DNA of 31,982 nt from a virus (taxonomy: Duplodnaviria; Caudoviricetes). Below are positions 8,902 to 17,412 of the stretch, piece after piece. Every line of letters starts with the position of its first letter. Within the stretch, counting starts at the first letter, position 1. The stretch is from positions 1-31,982 of IMG/VR virus record IMGVR_UViG_3300037484_000157, one strand, 5' to 3'. The notes under the pieces are model-generated. The model saw only the letters and a program-made list of their open reading frames with translations, had not been told where the DNA came from and did not search any database. Position numbers and translations under genes: made by a program.

Positions 8902-9366
8902 TCACGACCTCACGATCCGACCGACTGCCCGCTCGTAGAGGGCGACGATCCTCGTCAGGTTCTGCTGTAGCCCCCGGTAGATGGCCTGGTCGCCCTTGGT
9001 GCCGCGGCGGCTGATGGCCCGCGCGATGACGTAGGCCGAGACGCCGTGCCGCCTGGCCCACGGGACGAGGGCCGCGATCGGCGGGAAGTGCGGCCGCGTG
9101 TCCTCGTGCGCGAATGGCGCATAGGCGAGGTTCGAGCCCACCACGCCGACGACCTGCTGGCCCATGACTCGGACCTCCGGCACGATGCTCGCCCGCCAGC
9201 GGCCGGTGTCCACCTTGGCGAGTTGGCGGCTGGTACGGGTGACGAGCAGCGTCGCGTCCTGCGTCGCCTGGACGATAGGCGGCCCCGATAGCTCCGTTGC
9301 TATCCGGGTCGCCTCGCGCTGCGCCTCGATCAGGCCGTGCAGCTCTGCTTTCCACGCCGCTGGCAT
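8902..9366 (-). CDS. HK97 gp10-like tail-completion/neck protein
   Basis: AKVDTGRWRASI, VGSNLAYAPFAHEDTRPH motifs. Confidence 0.85.
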   Translation of the reverse strand: MPAAWKAELHGLIEAQREATRIATELSGPPIVQATQDATLLVTRTSRQLAKVDTGRWRASIVPEVRVMGQQVVGVVGSNLAYAPFAHEDTRPHFPPIAALVPWARRHGVSAYVIARAISRRGTKGDQAIYRGLQQNLTRIVALYERAVGRIVRS

Positions 9367-10043
9367 CAGCCCACCGCCGGGCGCACGTAGCGCCCGCTAC
9401 TCAGAATGAACTTCACGTCGGGGTCGAGCTCCGAGCGAAACATCAGCGTGCCCGTCTCGGCCGACCCGATGCTGTCTGCCCAGGACGAGCCGCCTCTTGT
9501 CAGCCACCGGCAGACCTGGATGATCGTCGCCTGCTTGATCGCCTCCGGCACGGTAGCGGCGTAGCCCCAGCGAGCCTTGACCTGGATCGTCGGCACGCCG
9601 CGATAGGGCACGTCGGGATCGGGCCGGAAGCCCTTGCGGAATGAGAACATGCCGCCAGTGAAGAAGGAGTAGTCGCCCGTCGGGTCCACGATCAGGAGCG
9701 TGTAGGGTGTCCGGTTGAAGTCGGGTGACTCCGGGTCGCCGGAGGCCGCGATGTAGTCGCCCGCCAGCCAAGCCGTGTACGTGCTGTCGGTCGGGCTGTC
9801 CTTGACGTTGACCTCGGTGACCGCCACGCACTCGTCGATCCGCTGGACGGCGACGCCTGAGCCCGCGTAGAGGCGATAGGTGGCGTTGACGAGTGAGAGG
9901 GCGACGAAGCCATCCGGCCTGCGGCAGTAGTTGTCGATGGCCCGGGAGGCGGCGGTGATCATGGCGGCGATGACCGCGTCGTGGGTGGCCCCGGTGATGT
10001 CCGGCTGGGCCTTGACCTCGGCGCTGGTGCAGTAGTCAGCCAT
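9366..10043 (-). CDS. Head-tail connector (gp6/gp15-like adaptor, 225 aa)
   Basis: Start reassigned to ATG 10043: MADYCTSAEVK..ITAASRAIDNYCRR..WGYAATVPEAIKQAT..LDPDVKFIL. Confidence 0.88.
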   Translation of the reverse strand: MADYCTSAEVKAQPDITGATHDAVIAAMITAASRAIDNYCRRPDGFVALSLVNATYRLYAGSGVAVQRIDECVAVTEVNVKDSPTDSTYTAWLAGDYIAASGDPESPDFNRTPYTLLIVDPTGDYSFFTGGMFSFRKGFRPDPDVPYRGVPTIQVKARWGYAATVPEAIKQATIIQVCRWLTRGGSSWADSIGSAETGTLMFRSELDPDVKFILSSGRYVRPAVG

Positions 10044-10710
10044 CGCTCGCCTCCTTGACCCAGCCCACCAGCCCGACCTCGCGATCGTCGACCACCCACA
10101 CATCGAAGGGCCGGCCCAGGCGCTCCGCCTGCTCATTGATCGCCTGGTAGGCCCCGGGCGTCGGGCGGGCACTCGTCGCGGGACTCCAGTCGTGGAAGAG
10201 CATCAGCCCGCCGGGCCTGACCCAGCGCCACCAGCCACAATCCACACGCACGTCTTCGAGCACGTGGCTGCCGTCCACGAAGATCAGGTCGAGCGAGGGG
10301 CCAGCGTAGGCCGACAGATACTCCACCGACCGGGCCTGTCGCACCTCGATCCTGGGCAGGTAGGCCAGGTTACTCTCGGCCGCCGCGTACTCCAGCGCCT
10401 TCGGGTTGAGCGTGACCAGGTGAGCCTCGGGAGCAGCGAGCGCCATCAGCGCCGCGCTGTAGCCGAGAGCAGTGCCGATCTCGAGGATCTCACCCTCGGT
10501 CCCCCTCGGCCCGACGTATTCGAGCGCCAAGTGGTAGAGGACCGCCGCCTCGTGCGACCAGACCTCACGCTTCGAGAATGGCACGAGCAGGCGGGCCAAC
10601 TCCAGGGCCGGACGCAAGCCGGGCCGGCGAGCCTCGACCCAGGCGGTCACGTACTCGCCAGGCAGGCCCCGGAGCGTCAGCCCTCGCTCGACCGCCTCAG
10701 ACAAAGGCAT
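10036..10710 (-). CDS. Class I SAM-dependent methyltransferase (O-methyltransferase/Methyltransf_24-like)
   Basis: ILEIGTALGYSA motif I; DLIFVDGSH; VRPGGLMLFHD. Confidence 0.9.
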   Translation of the reverse strand: MPLSEAVERGLTLRGLPGEYVTAWVEARRPGLRPALELARLLVPFSKREVWSHEAAVLYHLALEYVGPRGTEGEILEIGTALGYSAALMALAAPEAHLVTLNPKALEYAAAESNLAYLPRIEVRQARSVEYLSAYAGPSLDLIFVDGSHVLEDVRVDCGWWRWVRPGGLMLFHDWSPATSARPTPGAYQAINEQAERLGRPFDVWVVDDREVGLVGWVKEASDG

Positions 10711-11689
10711 CGTGCGGCCCCTCCTGGCAGATGTAGTCCAGCGTCTTATTGAGCGCGTGGTTGCGACAGGCTACTCGGCAGTCACCCCCGACCATCTGCG
10801 CCTCACGCCTGGCCCAGAGCGCGGCGAAGGATTCCTCGGCGAGACTCCCGAGACTCCGCTTCCCCCGGGTGTTCGGGCAGACCCAGAGCGTGCCGTCCGC
10901 GCCGACACAGGGCACCAGCTCCGAGGCCCGGCAGAGGCTGTACCCTCGCGGCTCGCCGTCCAGCAGCTCGACGAATCTGCCCCGACTGACGTAGACCCGC
11001 GGCCCGGCGAGGGCGTCAAGCGAGGGCATCGCCTCCCGAATCCAGGAGTAGTCCGCCTCGGGGTCGTCGCTCACGATCGGTCGGAACTGGCAGTAGTCCA
11101 CGCCGATCCTGCCCGCCAGGTCGGCGGCCACGGTCGCGTCTCGCCAGTTCGTCGCGCTCAGGAGAAACCCGAGCCCGATCTTCGGCGGGCCACCACTGCG
11201 GTTGGCGAGTAGCGCCTCGGCCGTGTCCAGCACCTGCCAGAAGCCGTCCACTCGCTTGACCTCCCGATAGGACTCGGCGTCCGCGGCGTCCAGACTCAAG
11301 TAGCACCAGACGAGGGCGTGGCTGGCTTCGAGCAGCGGGTACGGTCTGAGCCCGTTGGTGTAGACCCCGACCTTGAGGCCCAGGCCCGCGGCGTACAGGG
11401 CCAGCCTGGCGAAGTCGGGATGCAGCGTCGGCTCGCCCCCGCCGGTGAACGTGACCGCCCCTGTGCCTCCCGCCGCCATCTCACCGAGGATCCGCTCGGC
11501 GAGGGCGGCCGCCAGCATCTCCTGACCGCGCATGTAGGCGAAGGCGCAGTGCTGGCACTTCGCGTTACACCTGTTCGTCAGGTCCATCTCGACGTTGAGC
11601 GGCCAGACGCGCTCCCCCCGACGGATAGCCGCCAGCACGTCGGGGAAGCGCAGTATCTTGGCCGATGGGTCGATTAGTCGCTCAGCCAA
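10697..11689 (-). CDS. Radical SAM enzyme with SPASM/Twitch-like C-terminal domain
   Basis: CNAKCQHC (CxxxCxxC), FTGGGEPTLHP, YTNG, SLDA; C-terminal C..C.GADG..WVC..LGSL..SF..LW..CRVAC. Confidence 0.95.
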   Translation of the reverse strand: MAERLIDPSAKILRFPDVLAAIRRGERVWPLNVEMDLTNRCNAKCQHCAFAYMRGQEMLAAALAERILGEMAAGGTGAVTFTGGGEPTLHPDFARLALYAAGLGLKVGVYTNGLRPYPLLEASHALVWCYLSLDAADAESYREVKRVDGFWQVLDTAEALLANRSGGPPKIGLGFLLSATNWRDATVAADLAGRIGVDYCQFRPIVSDDPEADYSWIREAMPSLDALAGPRVYVSRGRFVELLDGEPRGYSLCRASELVPCVGADGTLWVCPNTRGKRSLGSLAEESFAALWARREAQMVGGDCRVACRNHALNKTLDYICQEGPHDAFV

Positions 11690-12572
11690 TGCCCAGTCCT
11701 CTCAGTGTCTCCCTGAGCTCGCGGGCGCGTGCCGCCCAGGTGTGGCAGTCCTGCACCCGTCGGAGTCCCTGGTCTGCTATCCAGTGCCAGCGATCCGGGC
11801 CTGCGATGCCCCAACGGTGCGGGTCCAGCATGTCCTCAAGCCGACCTCGCAACTCCCATGTGTCGGCCCATTCCAGATAGTCAACATCGGCCGCACGGAC
11901 CTCACCGCTCACCTCCGGTAGCGGACTCGTCAGCACGCAGGTCCGGCACCCCATCGCGTCGAAGAGCCGGTGATCGCGGTTGAGGGGGGTCCGAGCCAGG
12001 TCCACCGTCACCTTCGCCCGGTTGAATGCCCTCGCGTAGTCGTCGCCCAGCCGCGCGCCCCTGGCATAGACGTATCCCCGCTCCTGGCAGAGCACCCCCA
12101 GCCAGTCACCCAGCTCCCGCCGCTCCGGCGTGTCTTCCGAGAGGTGGTAGGCCACGTCCACCGTCTTCGCCTCGCCCCAGTCGCGGAAGCGGCGGTCATT
12201 GACGCAATGCGAGAACCGCCGGACGGGCTTGCCCAACTGCTCGAACCTCTCCAGGCGGTCCCAGTCCACCAGGATGACGTCAGCCTGAGCGCCGTGCCGG
12301 AGCCTCGCCTGATAGTGCTCATCGTCCAGCGTGCTATCGACCACGACATAGGCGATGGGCGGTCCTTTGTCGACCCAGCGGATGCTCGACTTGCCGTCTT
12401 CCCAGACGATCAGGTCAAACCCCGAGAACTTGGCCCGACTCCGCGTCGAGCCCTTCGGCACCTCGAAGTGCTGCCAGGTAAACTCCGGCACCGGGTAGGC
12501 CCAGTAGCCGACATTGCGCTGGCCGGGTATGCTCCCCGGGCGCGTGACCACGGCGACCCGCAGCGCCTTCAC
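11682..12572 (-). CDS. GT-B glycosyltransferase (CgeB/Glyco_trans_1_2-like, 296 aa)
   Basis: Start reassigned to GTG 12572 (GTGA overlap); YARAFNRAKVTVD..NRDHRLFDAMGCRTCVLT and HTWAARA motifs. Confidence 0.85.
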   Translation of the reverse strand: MKALRVAVVTRPGSIPGQRNVGYWAYPVPEFTWQHFEVPKGSTRSRAKFSGFDLIVWEDGKSSIRWVDKGPPIAYVVVDSTLDDEHYQARLRHGAQADVILVDWDRLERFEQLGKPVRRFSHCVNDRRFRDWGEAKTVDVAYHLSEDTPERRELGDWLGVLCQERGYVYARGARLGDDYARAFNRAKVTVDLARTPLNRDHRLFDAMGCRTCVLTSPLPEVSGEVRAADVDYLEWADTWELRGRLEDMLDPHRWGIAGPDRWHWIADQGLRRVQDCHTWAARARELRETLRGLGIG

Positions 12573-13042
12573 TTCAGCGCCTCCAGGATGCCCCGCAGGC
12601 AGGCCGGACCCGCCTCCGAGGAGACCTCGACGATGCGCCAGGGCAGTATCCCGTAAAGCACGCCGTAAGCCTGCCCTCGCTCGGTCGTCGGGTCGAAGTT
12701 GTCGAGGATGTGGGGGCCAGCGAAGTACCTGTGGGTCGGGTCGTCGTAGCTCCTGGCCCGGTTCCAGAGCGGCAGCTTCAGGTCGATGCGCCCGCTCGGC
12801 TTCAGCACGCGCCACGCCTCGTTCATCGCCTGGATCAGCGGGATGTCCAGGTGCTCGAATACCGAGTGAGCGATCAGGCTGCTGACGCTGCCGTGCTGCC
12901 AGGGCCAGGGGAGCACGTTCAAGTCGTGGACGACCTGGATCTCGGGCCGGTGCCGGAAGCGGTCGTGCTGGACCGCCACCCAGCCGGGGCCGGGCGGCTG
13001 CACCAGCTTGTTGCCGGCGCCAAGATTCACCAGCAGTTTCAC
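12569..13042 (-). CDS. Small class I SAM methyltransferase (157 aa)
   Basis: VNLGAG, HDLNVLPWPW, SVFEHL, NEAWRVLKPSG, DDPTHR. Confidence 0.9.
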   Translation of the reverse strand: MKLLVNLGAGNKLVQPPGPGWVAVQHDRFRHRPEIQVVHDLNVLPWPWQHGSVSSLIAHSVFEHLDIPLIQAMNEAWRVLKPSGRIDLKLPLWNRARSYDDPTHRYFAGPHILDNFDPTTERGQAYGVLYGILPWRIVEVSSEAGPACLRGILEALK

Positions 13043-13509
13043 TTCCTCGGCTCCAGCTTCCCGTACAGGCTCGATCCGCCCGGCACTTCGTTCTGACCCA
13101 CGATCCGCCAGGGCTTGGTGCCGTAGAAGGCGTAGTCGCGCCCTCGCTCAGTGTCGGGGTCCAGCCCGTTCCAGCCGTGGTGCCCGATCCACCAGCGATG
13201 CGTCAGGTCGTTGTGCCCCTCGTCGCTATCCCACAAGGGCATCTTGACTTCGAGGGAGCCACCCGGCCTCAAGATCCGCCAGCACTCGTTGAAGGCTTCG
13301 AGCGGCGTGATCTTGAGGTGCTCGAAGACGGACCAGGAGCAGATCGCGTCGATGCTGCTGTCCGCCCACGGCCAGGGCAGCAAGTTCAGGTCGCAGAGGT
13401 AGTTGATCTCGGGCGAGTGAGCGAACAGGTCGTGGTTTACCACGGTCCAGTCTTTACCAGGCGCACCCAGGATGCGCCTCCCAGCCCCGAGATTCAGCAG
13501 TACCCTCAC
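13039..13509 (-). CDS. Small class I SAM methyltransferase (156 aa), paralogue of 12569..13042
   Basis: Start reassigned to GTG 13509; LNLGAG, DLNLLPWPW, SVFEHL, NECWRILRPGG, NDLTHR. Confidence 0.9.
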   Translation of the reverse strand: MRVLLNLGAGRRILGAPGKDWTVVNHDLFAHSPEINYLCDLNLLPWPWADSSIDAICSWSVFEHLKITPLEAFNECWRILRPGGSLEVKMPLWDSDEGHNDLTHRWWIGHHGWNGLDPDTERGRDYAFYGTKPWRIVGQNEVPGGSSLYGKLEPRK

Positions 13510-16166
13510 GCTTTCACCGCCTGGGGGTGCGCCCGCTCCCACTCGCGCACGCGCGCCCATGCCTCCGGCGTGTCGGAGCGTTGCGGCACGATGCCCGACC
13601 AACGCCGCGCCATCATCGGGTAGTGCATGATGGCCGCGCCGCTCGGGTCGTCGTAGGGATACTTCCACTGGCCGGGCCGCTTCTCGTCGGCCTGACAGAC
13701 GCAGTTCCAGGTCCGAGGCAGCAGTAGCAGCGTCTTGACCGGCTGGTGCCAGATGGCTCGGAGCAGCGCCCCCTGGTCTCGCTTGCCGAACCTCTCCCAT
13801 TCGCGCGCCCAGTCATGGAACAGCCGCTCGATCGCGGGCGTGCGCCGGAAGGCGAAGACGCCGCCGCCGAGCTGCATCATCTGGTCCGTGCCCCAGAGGT
13901 CAAAGGTCTCACGGCACTCGCCCGTGTTGTCGGCCCGCCCCATCTGCTCGGCCACGGCGAACCTGCCCGGGTTCGAGCAGATCGCGAGCTCCCAGCCGTC
14001 CTGTAGCCACTGGAAAAGCGAGTCGATGGGCCGGAGCACCTCCGTGTCGGCGTCGAGGTAGAGGACGTAGCGCCACTCCGGCGGCGTCAGGTCGTAGATC
14101 CTGACCTTCGGCGAGCGAGCGCCGATGTCCGCGTCCGGCTGGACGAGCAGGCTGTCCTCCGGCCCGAGGGGGCGGTCCGAGCAGAGGAGCACGGGTACGC
14201 CGGGCATGCGCAACTTGAAGGAGCCGATGCAGCGCCTCGCCACCTTGCGGGCCGACTCGCCGAAGGCGACGACGTAGAGGCCGGAATGCCCTCGCCAGTC
14301 GGGTAGATCGTCCTGGGCGGGCGCGTGCGTGCCTGTGAGTAGCTCCTCGATTGCCATTCTGTGCCCCTCCGCCCAGGCTTCTATCGAGTAGGGCTCCGTC
14401 GCCGCTCTGAGCGCGTCAGGATCGCTCTTCGTCTCCAGAGCCAGGGCGAGGGCCACCTCCAGGCTCGCCGGGTCGCCTTTCTCGTAGCGGGTGATGCCCG
14501 GCGTGTCCGGCAGGTCGTCCCAGACGCCTACCCCGCGCGGGACGACCACCGGCACGCCACACGCTAGGGCTTCGAGCGGCCCGTAGCCCGTGCCCTCGAT
14601 CAGGCTCGTGCTGATGTAGAGGTCGAGCCCCTGGTAGAAGGTCTCCATCTCCCGCCAAGCGTAGTCCACGGTCGGCACCGGCCAGCCCTTCCCCGCGGCT
14701 CGCCACTCGGACGCCTTTCCCGCCTCCGTCTCGACGAGGGCAGCCAGCAGGTTGTCGCCCTTGCGGCCCCACGGACTGACGAACCCACTGGTCCCGACGA
14801 CTGGCCGGGCGTGCGTCTCTCTCGCCGCCGGGCGGAACTTCTTGCGGTCGAGCGGTGGCCGGACGATCCGAGTTGAGCCAAAGCGCTCCAGGTGCGGGAG
14901 GTTGTGCCGGGAGCTGGTCAGGCGCAGCTCGAGTTGCCCGGCGACGTCGTCCCACCTGGCCGCCTTCTCCGGCCAGCCGGCCTGGTCCTCACGGTGCGTG
15001 AAGTAGGCCGCGGTAAGCGTCCCGCACGGCTCGTGCGCCATGTATGGGAAGAAGTAGTTGACGAGGGCGTGCCGGTCGGGCTCGGGCGAGAGCGACCAGC
15101 CCGTCGCCTGCTGGAGAGTCCTCGCCTTGCGCGGCAGGATCGCGGTAGCGTGCTCGAAGTCGGGGAGCACGATGTGGATGTCGGTGTGGCCCGCCCGGGG
15201 GCGACAGGAGGTAAACGCCCCCGGGTCAGGCGCTGAGGCCACCCCGAACAGCGGCGCAACTGCCGGGGCTTCCAGTGCGGATGGCACTGTCTCAGGATCC
15301 ACCTTGCCCATCACCTCGTCTACCGCCCGCTGCCAGCCGCCGACCCAGGCGTCCAGCGTATAGCCCTCGGTCAGCGCCCGCAGTTCCTCCGGCTCGGCCC
15401 GATCCTCCAGGCAGAGGGCGAGGGCACGCTCGAGATCCGCCAGGCTCCCGGCCCGGTAGTGCCGAACGCCGGACCGCTCGGGGAGGTCGTCGAAGATGCC
15501 GACCTTCCAGGGCACGACCACCGGCACGCCAGTCGCGAGCGCCTCCAGAGGGCCGTAGCCGATGCCCTCTATCGTCGACGTGCAGACGTAGCAGTCGAGC
15601 GCCTGGTAGAACTCGTGGAGTCGGTGCCAGTGGTAGGTCTGGGTCGGGATCGGCCAGCCGCCACCGGCTGCCCGCCAGGAGCAGCCGAGTCCGGTCGGCG
15701 TCTGGGTGAGCGACGCGAGTAGGCTCTCGCCCTTCCGGCCCCAGGCGTAGACCCAGCCGGAGGTGCCGACCACGGGCTTCGCTCCGGACCCCCGCCGGTG
15801 CGGAGCGAGGGCGAACTTCTCGCGGTCGAGCGGAGGCGTGACGAGGCTGGTAGGCCCGTAGTGCGCCAGGTCGGCCAGGTAGAGTCGGGCGGACGTGACG
15901 CGGAGGTCAACCGCCCGGGCCGTGTGATACCAGACCTTGACCTTCTCGGGCAGGCTCTCATCGCGGTGGGTGTACCAGGCGATCTCTCGCGTCTCGCAGC
16001 GGGCGTTGATTCTGTTGAGGTAGGGCATGTAAATGTTGATGCCCGCCGACGAGTCCACCCGAGCGGAGAGTGACCAGTTGGTCCCGTCAGCCAGCAGCCG
16101 GGCCAGCCGGGCGATGATCCGGGCTTCCCTCGCTTCCATTCCTGCGGCGACGATGTGGACTTTCAC
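13506..16166 (-). CDS. Tri-modular glycosyltransferase (886 aa): two GT4-like GT-B modules plus a C-terminal GT-A (GT8/GT77-like) module
   Basis: Two EX7E motifs (EGIGYGPLEALATGVPVV; EGTGYGPLEALACGVPVV); C-terminal LYLDADT (DxD), GGVFAFR, DQGALLRA. Confidence 0.92.
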   Translation of the reverse strand: MKVHIVAAGMEAREARIIARLARLLADGTNWSLSARVDSSAGINIYMPYLNRINARCETREIAWYTHRDESLPEKVKVWYHTARAVDLRVTSARLYLADLAHYGPTSLVTPPLDREKFALAPHRRGSGAKPVVGTSGWVYAWGRKGESLLASLTQTPTGLGCSWRAAGGGWPIPTQTYHWHRLHEFYQALDCYVCTSTIEGIGYGPLEALATGVPVVVPWKVGIFDDLPERSGVRHYRAGSLADLERALALCLEDRAEPEELRALTEGYTLDAWVGGWQRAVDEVMGKVDPETVPSALEAPAVAPLFGVASAPDPGAFTSCRPRAGHTDIHIVLPDFEHATAILPRKARTLQQATGWSLSPEPDRHALVNYFFPYMAHEPCGTLTAAYFTHREDQAGWPEKAARWDDVAGQLELRLTSSRHNLPHLERFGSTRIVRPPLDRKKFRPAARETHARPVVGTSGFVSPWGRKGDNLLAALVETEAGKASEWRAAGKGWPVPTVDYAWREMETFYQGLDLYISTSLIEGTGYGPLEALACGVPVVVPRGVGVWDDLPDTPGITRYEKGDPASLEVALALALETKSDPDALRAATEPYSIEAWAEGHRMAIEELLTGTHAPAQDDLPDWRGHSGLYVVAFGESARKVARRCIGSFKLRMPGVPVLLCSDRPLGPEDSLLVQPDADIGARSPKVRIYDLTPPEWRYVLYLDADTEVLRPIDSLFQWLQDGWELAICSNPGRFAVAEQMGRADNTGECRETFDLWGTDQMMQLGGGVFAFRRTPAIERLFHDWAREWERFGKRDQGALLRAIWHQPVKTLLLLPRTWNCVCQADEKRPGQWKYPYDDPSGAAIMHYPMMARRWSGIVPQRSDTPEAWARVREWERAHPQAVKA

Positions 16167-16786
16167 GCTGCCCTCCGCCAGCGAATGAGCTCGCCGGGCC
16201 AGGGCTCAACCATACGCCGTCGCCCCGCCAGCTCGAGCGGGAAACGAGCGACGTACTCCACGACGTCCTGCACTCGCCGCCAGCGCAGGCACTCCATCTC
16301 ACCGAACTCGAAGCCCTCGTCGGTGCCGGCGACGACGTGCCCGAAGAACCGCCCCCGTGGCTTGAGCAGTCGGCAGACCTCGCGCAACAGCCGCTCCGGG
16401 TCGAGCGCGTGGTCAAGGGCGTTGGTGAAGACGACGTCGATGGTCCCCGCGGGCCAGGGCAGGGCGTGGAAATCGCCCGTGAGTACCAGATCGCTCCCCG
16501 GCGGCGGCGCGAGTTCTATCCCGACCGCAAAGCAACGGTGCTCCAGAAACGCTCGGACTTCGGCTCCCTCGCGAGCGCCCAGGCAGAGCACAGAGCTGCC
16601 TGGCGGGATGAGACCGGTGAGTTCGTCTCTCAGCGCCGTCTGGTAGATCGCTCCCCGCTCGGCCAGAGCCGCCCCGTCCCGTTCCCAATCGGCCTCGGCT
16701 GCCTGATGCCGGAGGTAGCTAGTGCGGTCCGGATAGTCGCGCACCTCGAATGGCGTGCCGGGCAGAGAGCGCCACGGTGATGTCAC
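16163..16786 (-). CDS. Class I SAM-dependent methyltransferase (207 aa)
   Basis: Start reassigned to GTG 16786; VLCLGAREGAEV, AVGIEL, GDFHALPW, DVVFTNALDH, REVCRLLKPRG. Confidence 0.88.
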   Translation of the reverse strand: MTSPWRSLPGTPFEVRDYPDRTSYLRHQAAEADWERDGAALAERGAIYQTALRDELTGLIPPGSSVLCLGAREGAEVRAFLEHRCFAVGIELAPPPGSDLVLTGDFHALPWPAGTIDVVFTNALDHALDPERLLREVCRLLKPRGRFFGHVVAGTDEGFEFGEMECLRWRRVQDVVEYVARFPLELAGRRRMVEPWPGELIRWRRAA

Positions 16787-17412
16787 GCTGCCGCCCTCCT
16801 CGCCGCGCCGAACCTGTGCTCGACCATGTCGCCCTTGCCGCCATTCCACGTTCTACCCATCAGCCACACGCGCGCGGGCGCGCGCCAGAGCGCCCGGAGC
16901 AGCGCCCCCTGGTCCTGCGAGCGGAACTTGAGCCACTCCTCGCGCCAGAGGGCAAAAAGTTGGGCCGTCGCGTCGCACCGGCGGAACCACATCACGCCCG
17001 CCTGGAGGCCGAGGACGTGCTCGGTGTGCAGCGCGTTGAACGTCGCCTCTCGGTCAGGCAAGAGGCAGTTGCCCAGCAGGTCGTTACCCTGGTTCTTGCT
17101 CGGCGTGATGACCAGGTCCCAGCCGTCGTCGAGGACTTGGAACCCTGCCTCCAGGCTGCCGTGTACCCGGGTGTCGGCGTCCAGGTAGCAGGTTGCCTCG
17201 AAGGGCGAGAGCGTGCCGAGACTCAGCTTCGCCAGCCGCGCTCCCTGGTCGAGATCAGGAGCGTGGAGGTGCGTGTAGCCCTTGAGCGGGCGGTCGGAGA
17301 CGACAGCCATCGGCAGTCCGGGGTTGCTCTGCCCGAGCGACCGCAGGCAGGCCGTCGCCTCGCGCCTTGCCCTGTCTCCGTAGGCCACCACGATGATGCC
17401 CCTCTCCATCAC
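16783..17412 (-). CDS. GT-A nucleotide-diphospho-sugar transferase (GT8/GT77-like, 209 aa)
   Basis: GIIVVAYG, SPFEATCYLDADT (DxD), QAGVMWFRR, DQGALLRALW. Confidence 0.9.
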   Translation of the reverse strand: MMERGIIVVAYGDRARREATACLRSLGQSNPGLPMAVVSDRPLKGYTHLHAPDLDQGARLAKLSLGTLSPFEATCYLDADTRVHGSLEAGFQVLDDGWDLVITPSKNQGNDLLGNCLLPDREATFNALHTEHVLGLQAGVMWFRRCDATAQLFALWREEWLKFRSQDQGALLRALWRAPARVWLMGRTWNGGKGDMVEHRFGAARRAAA

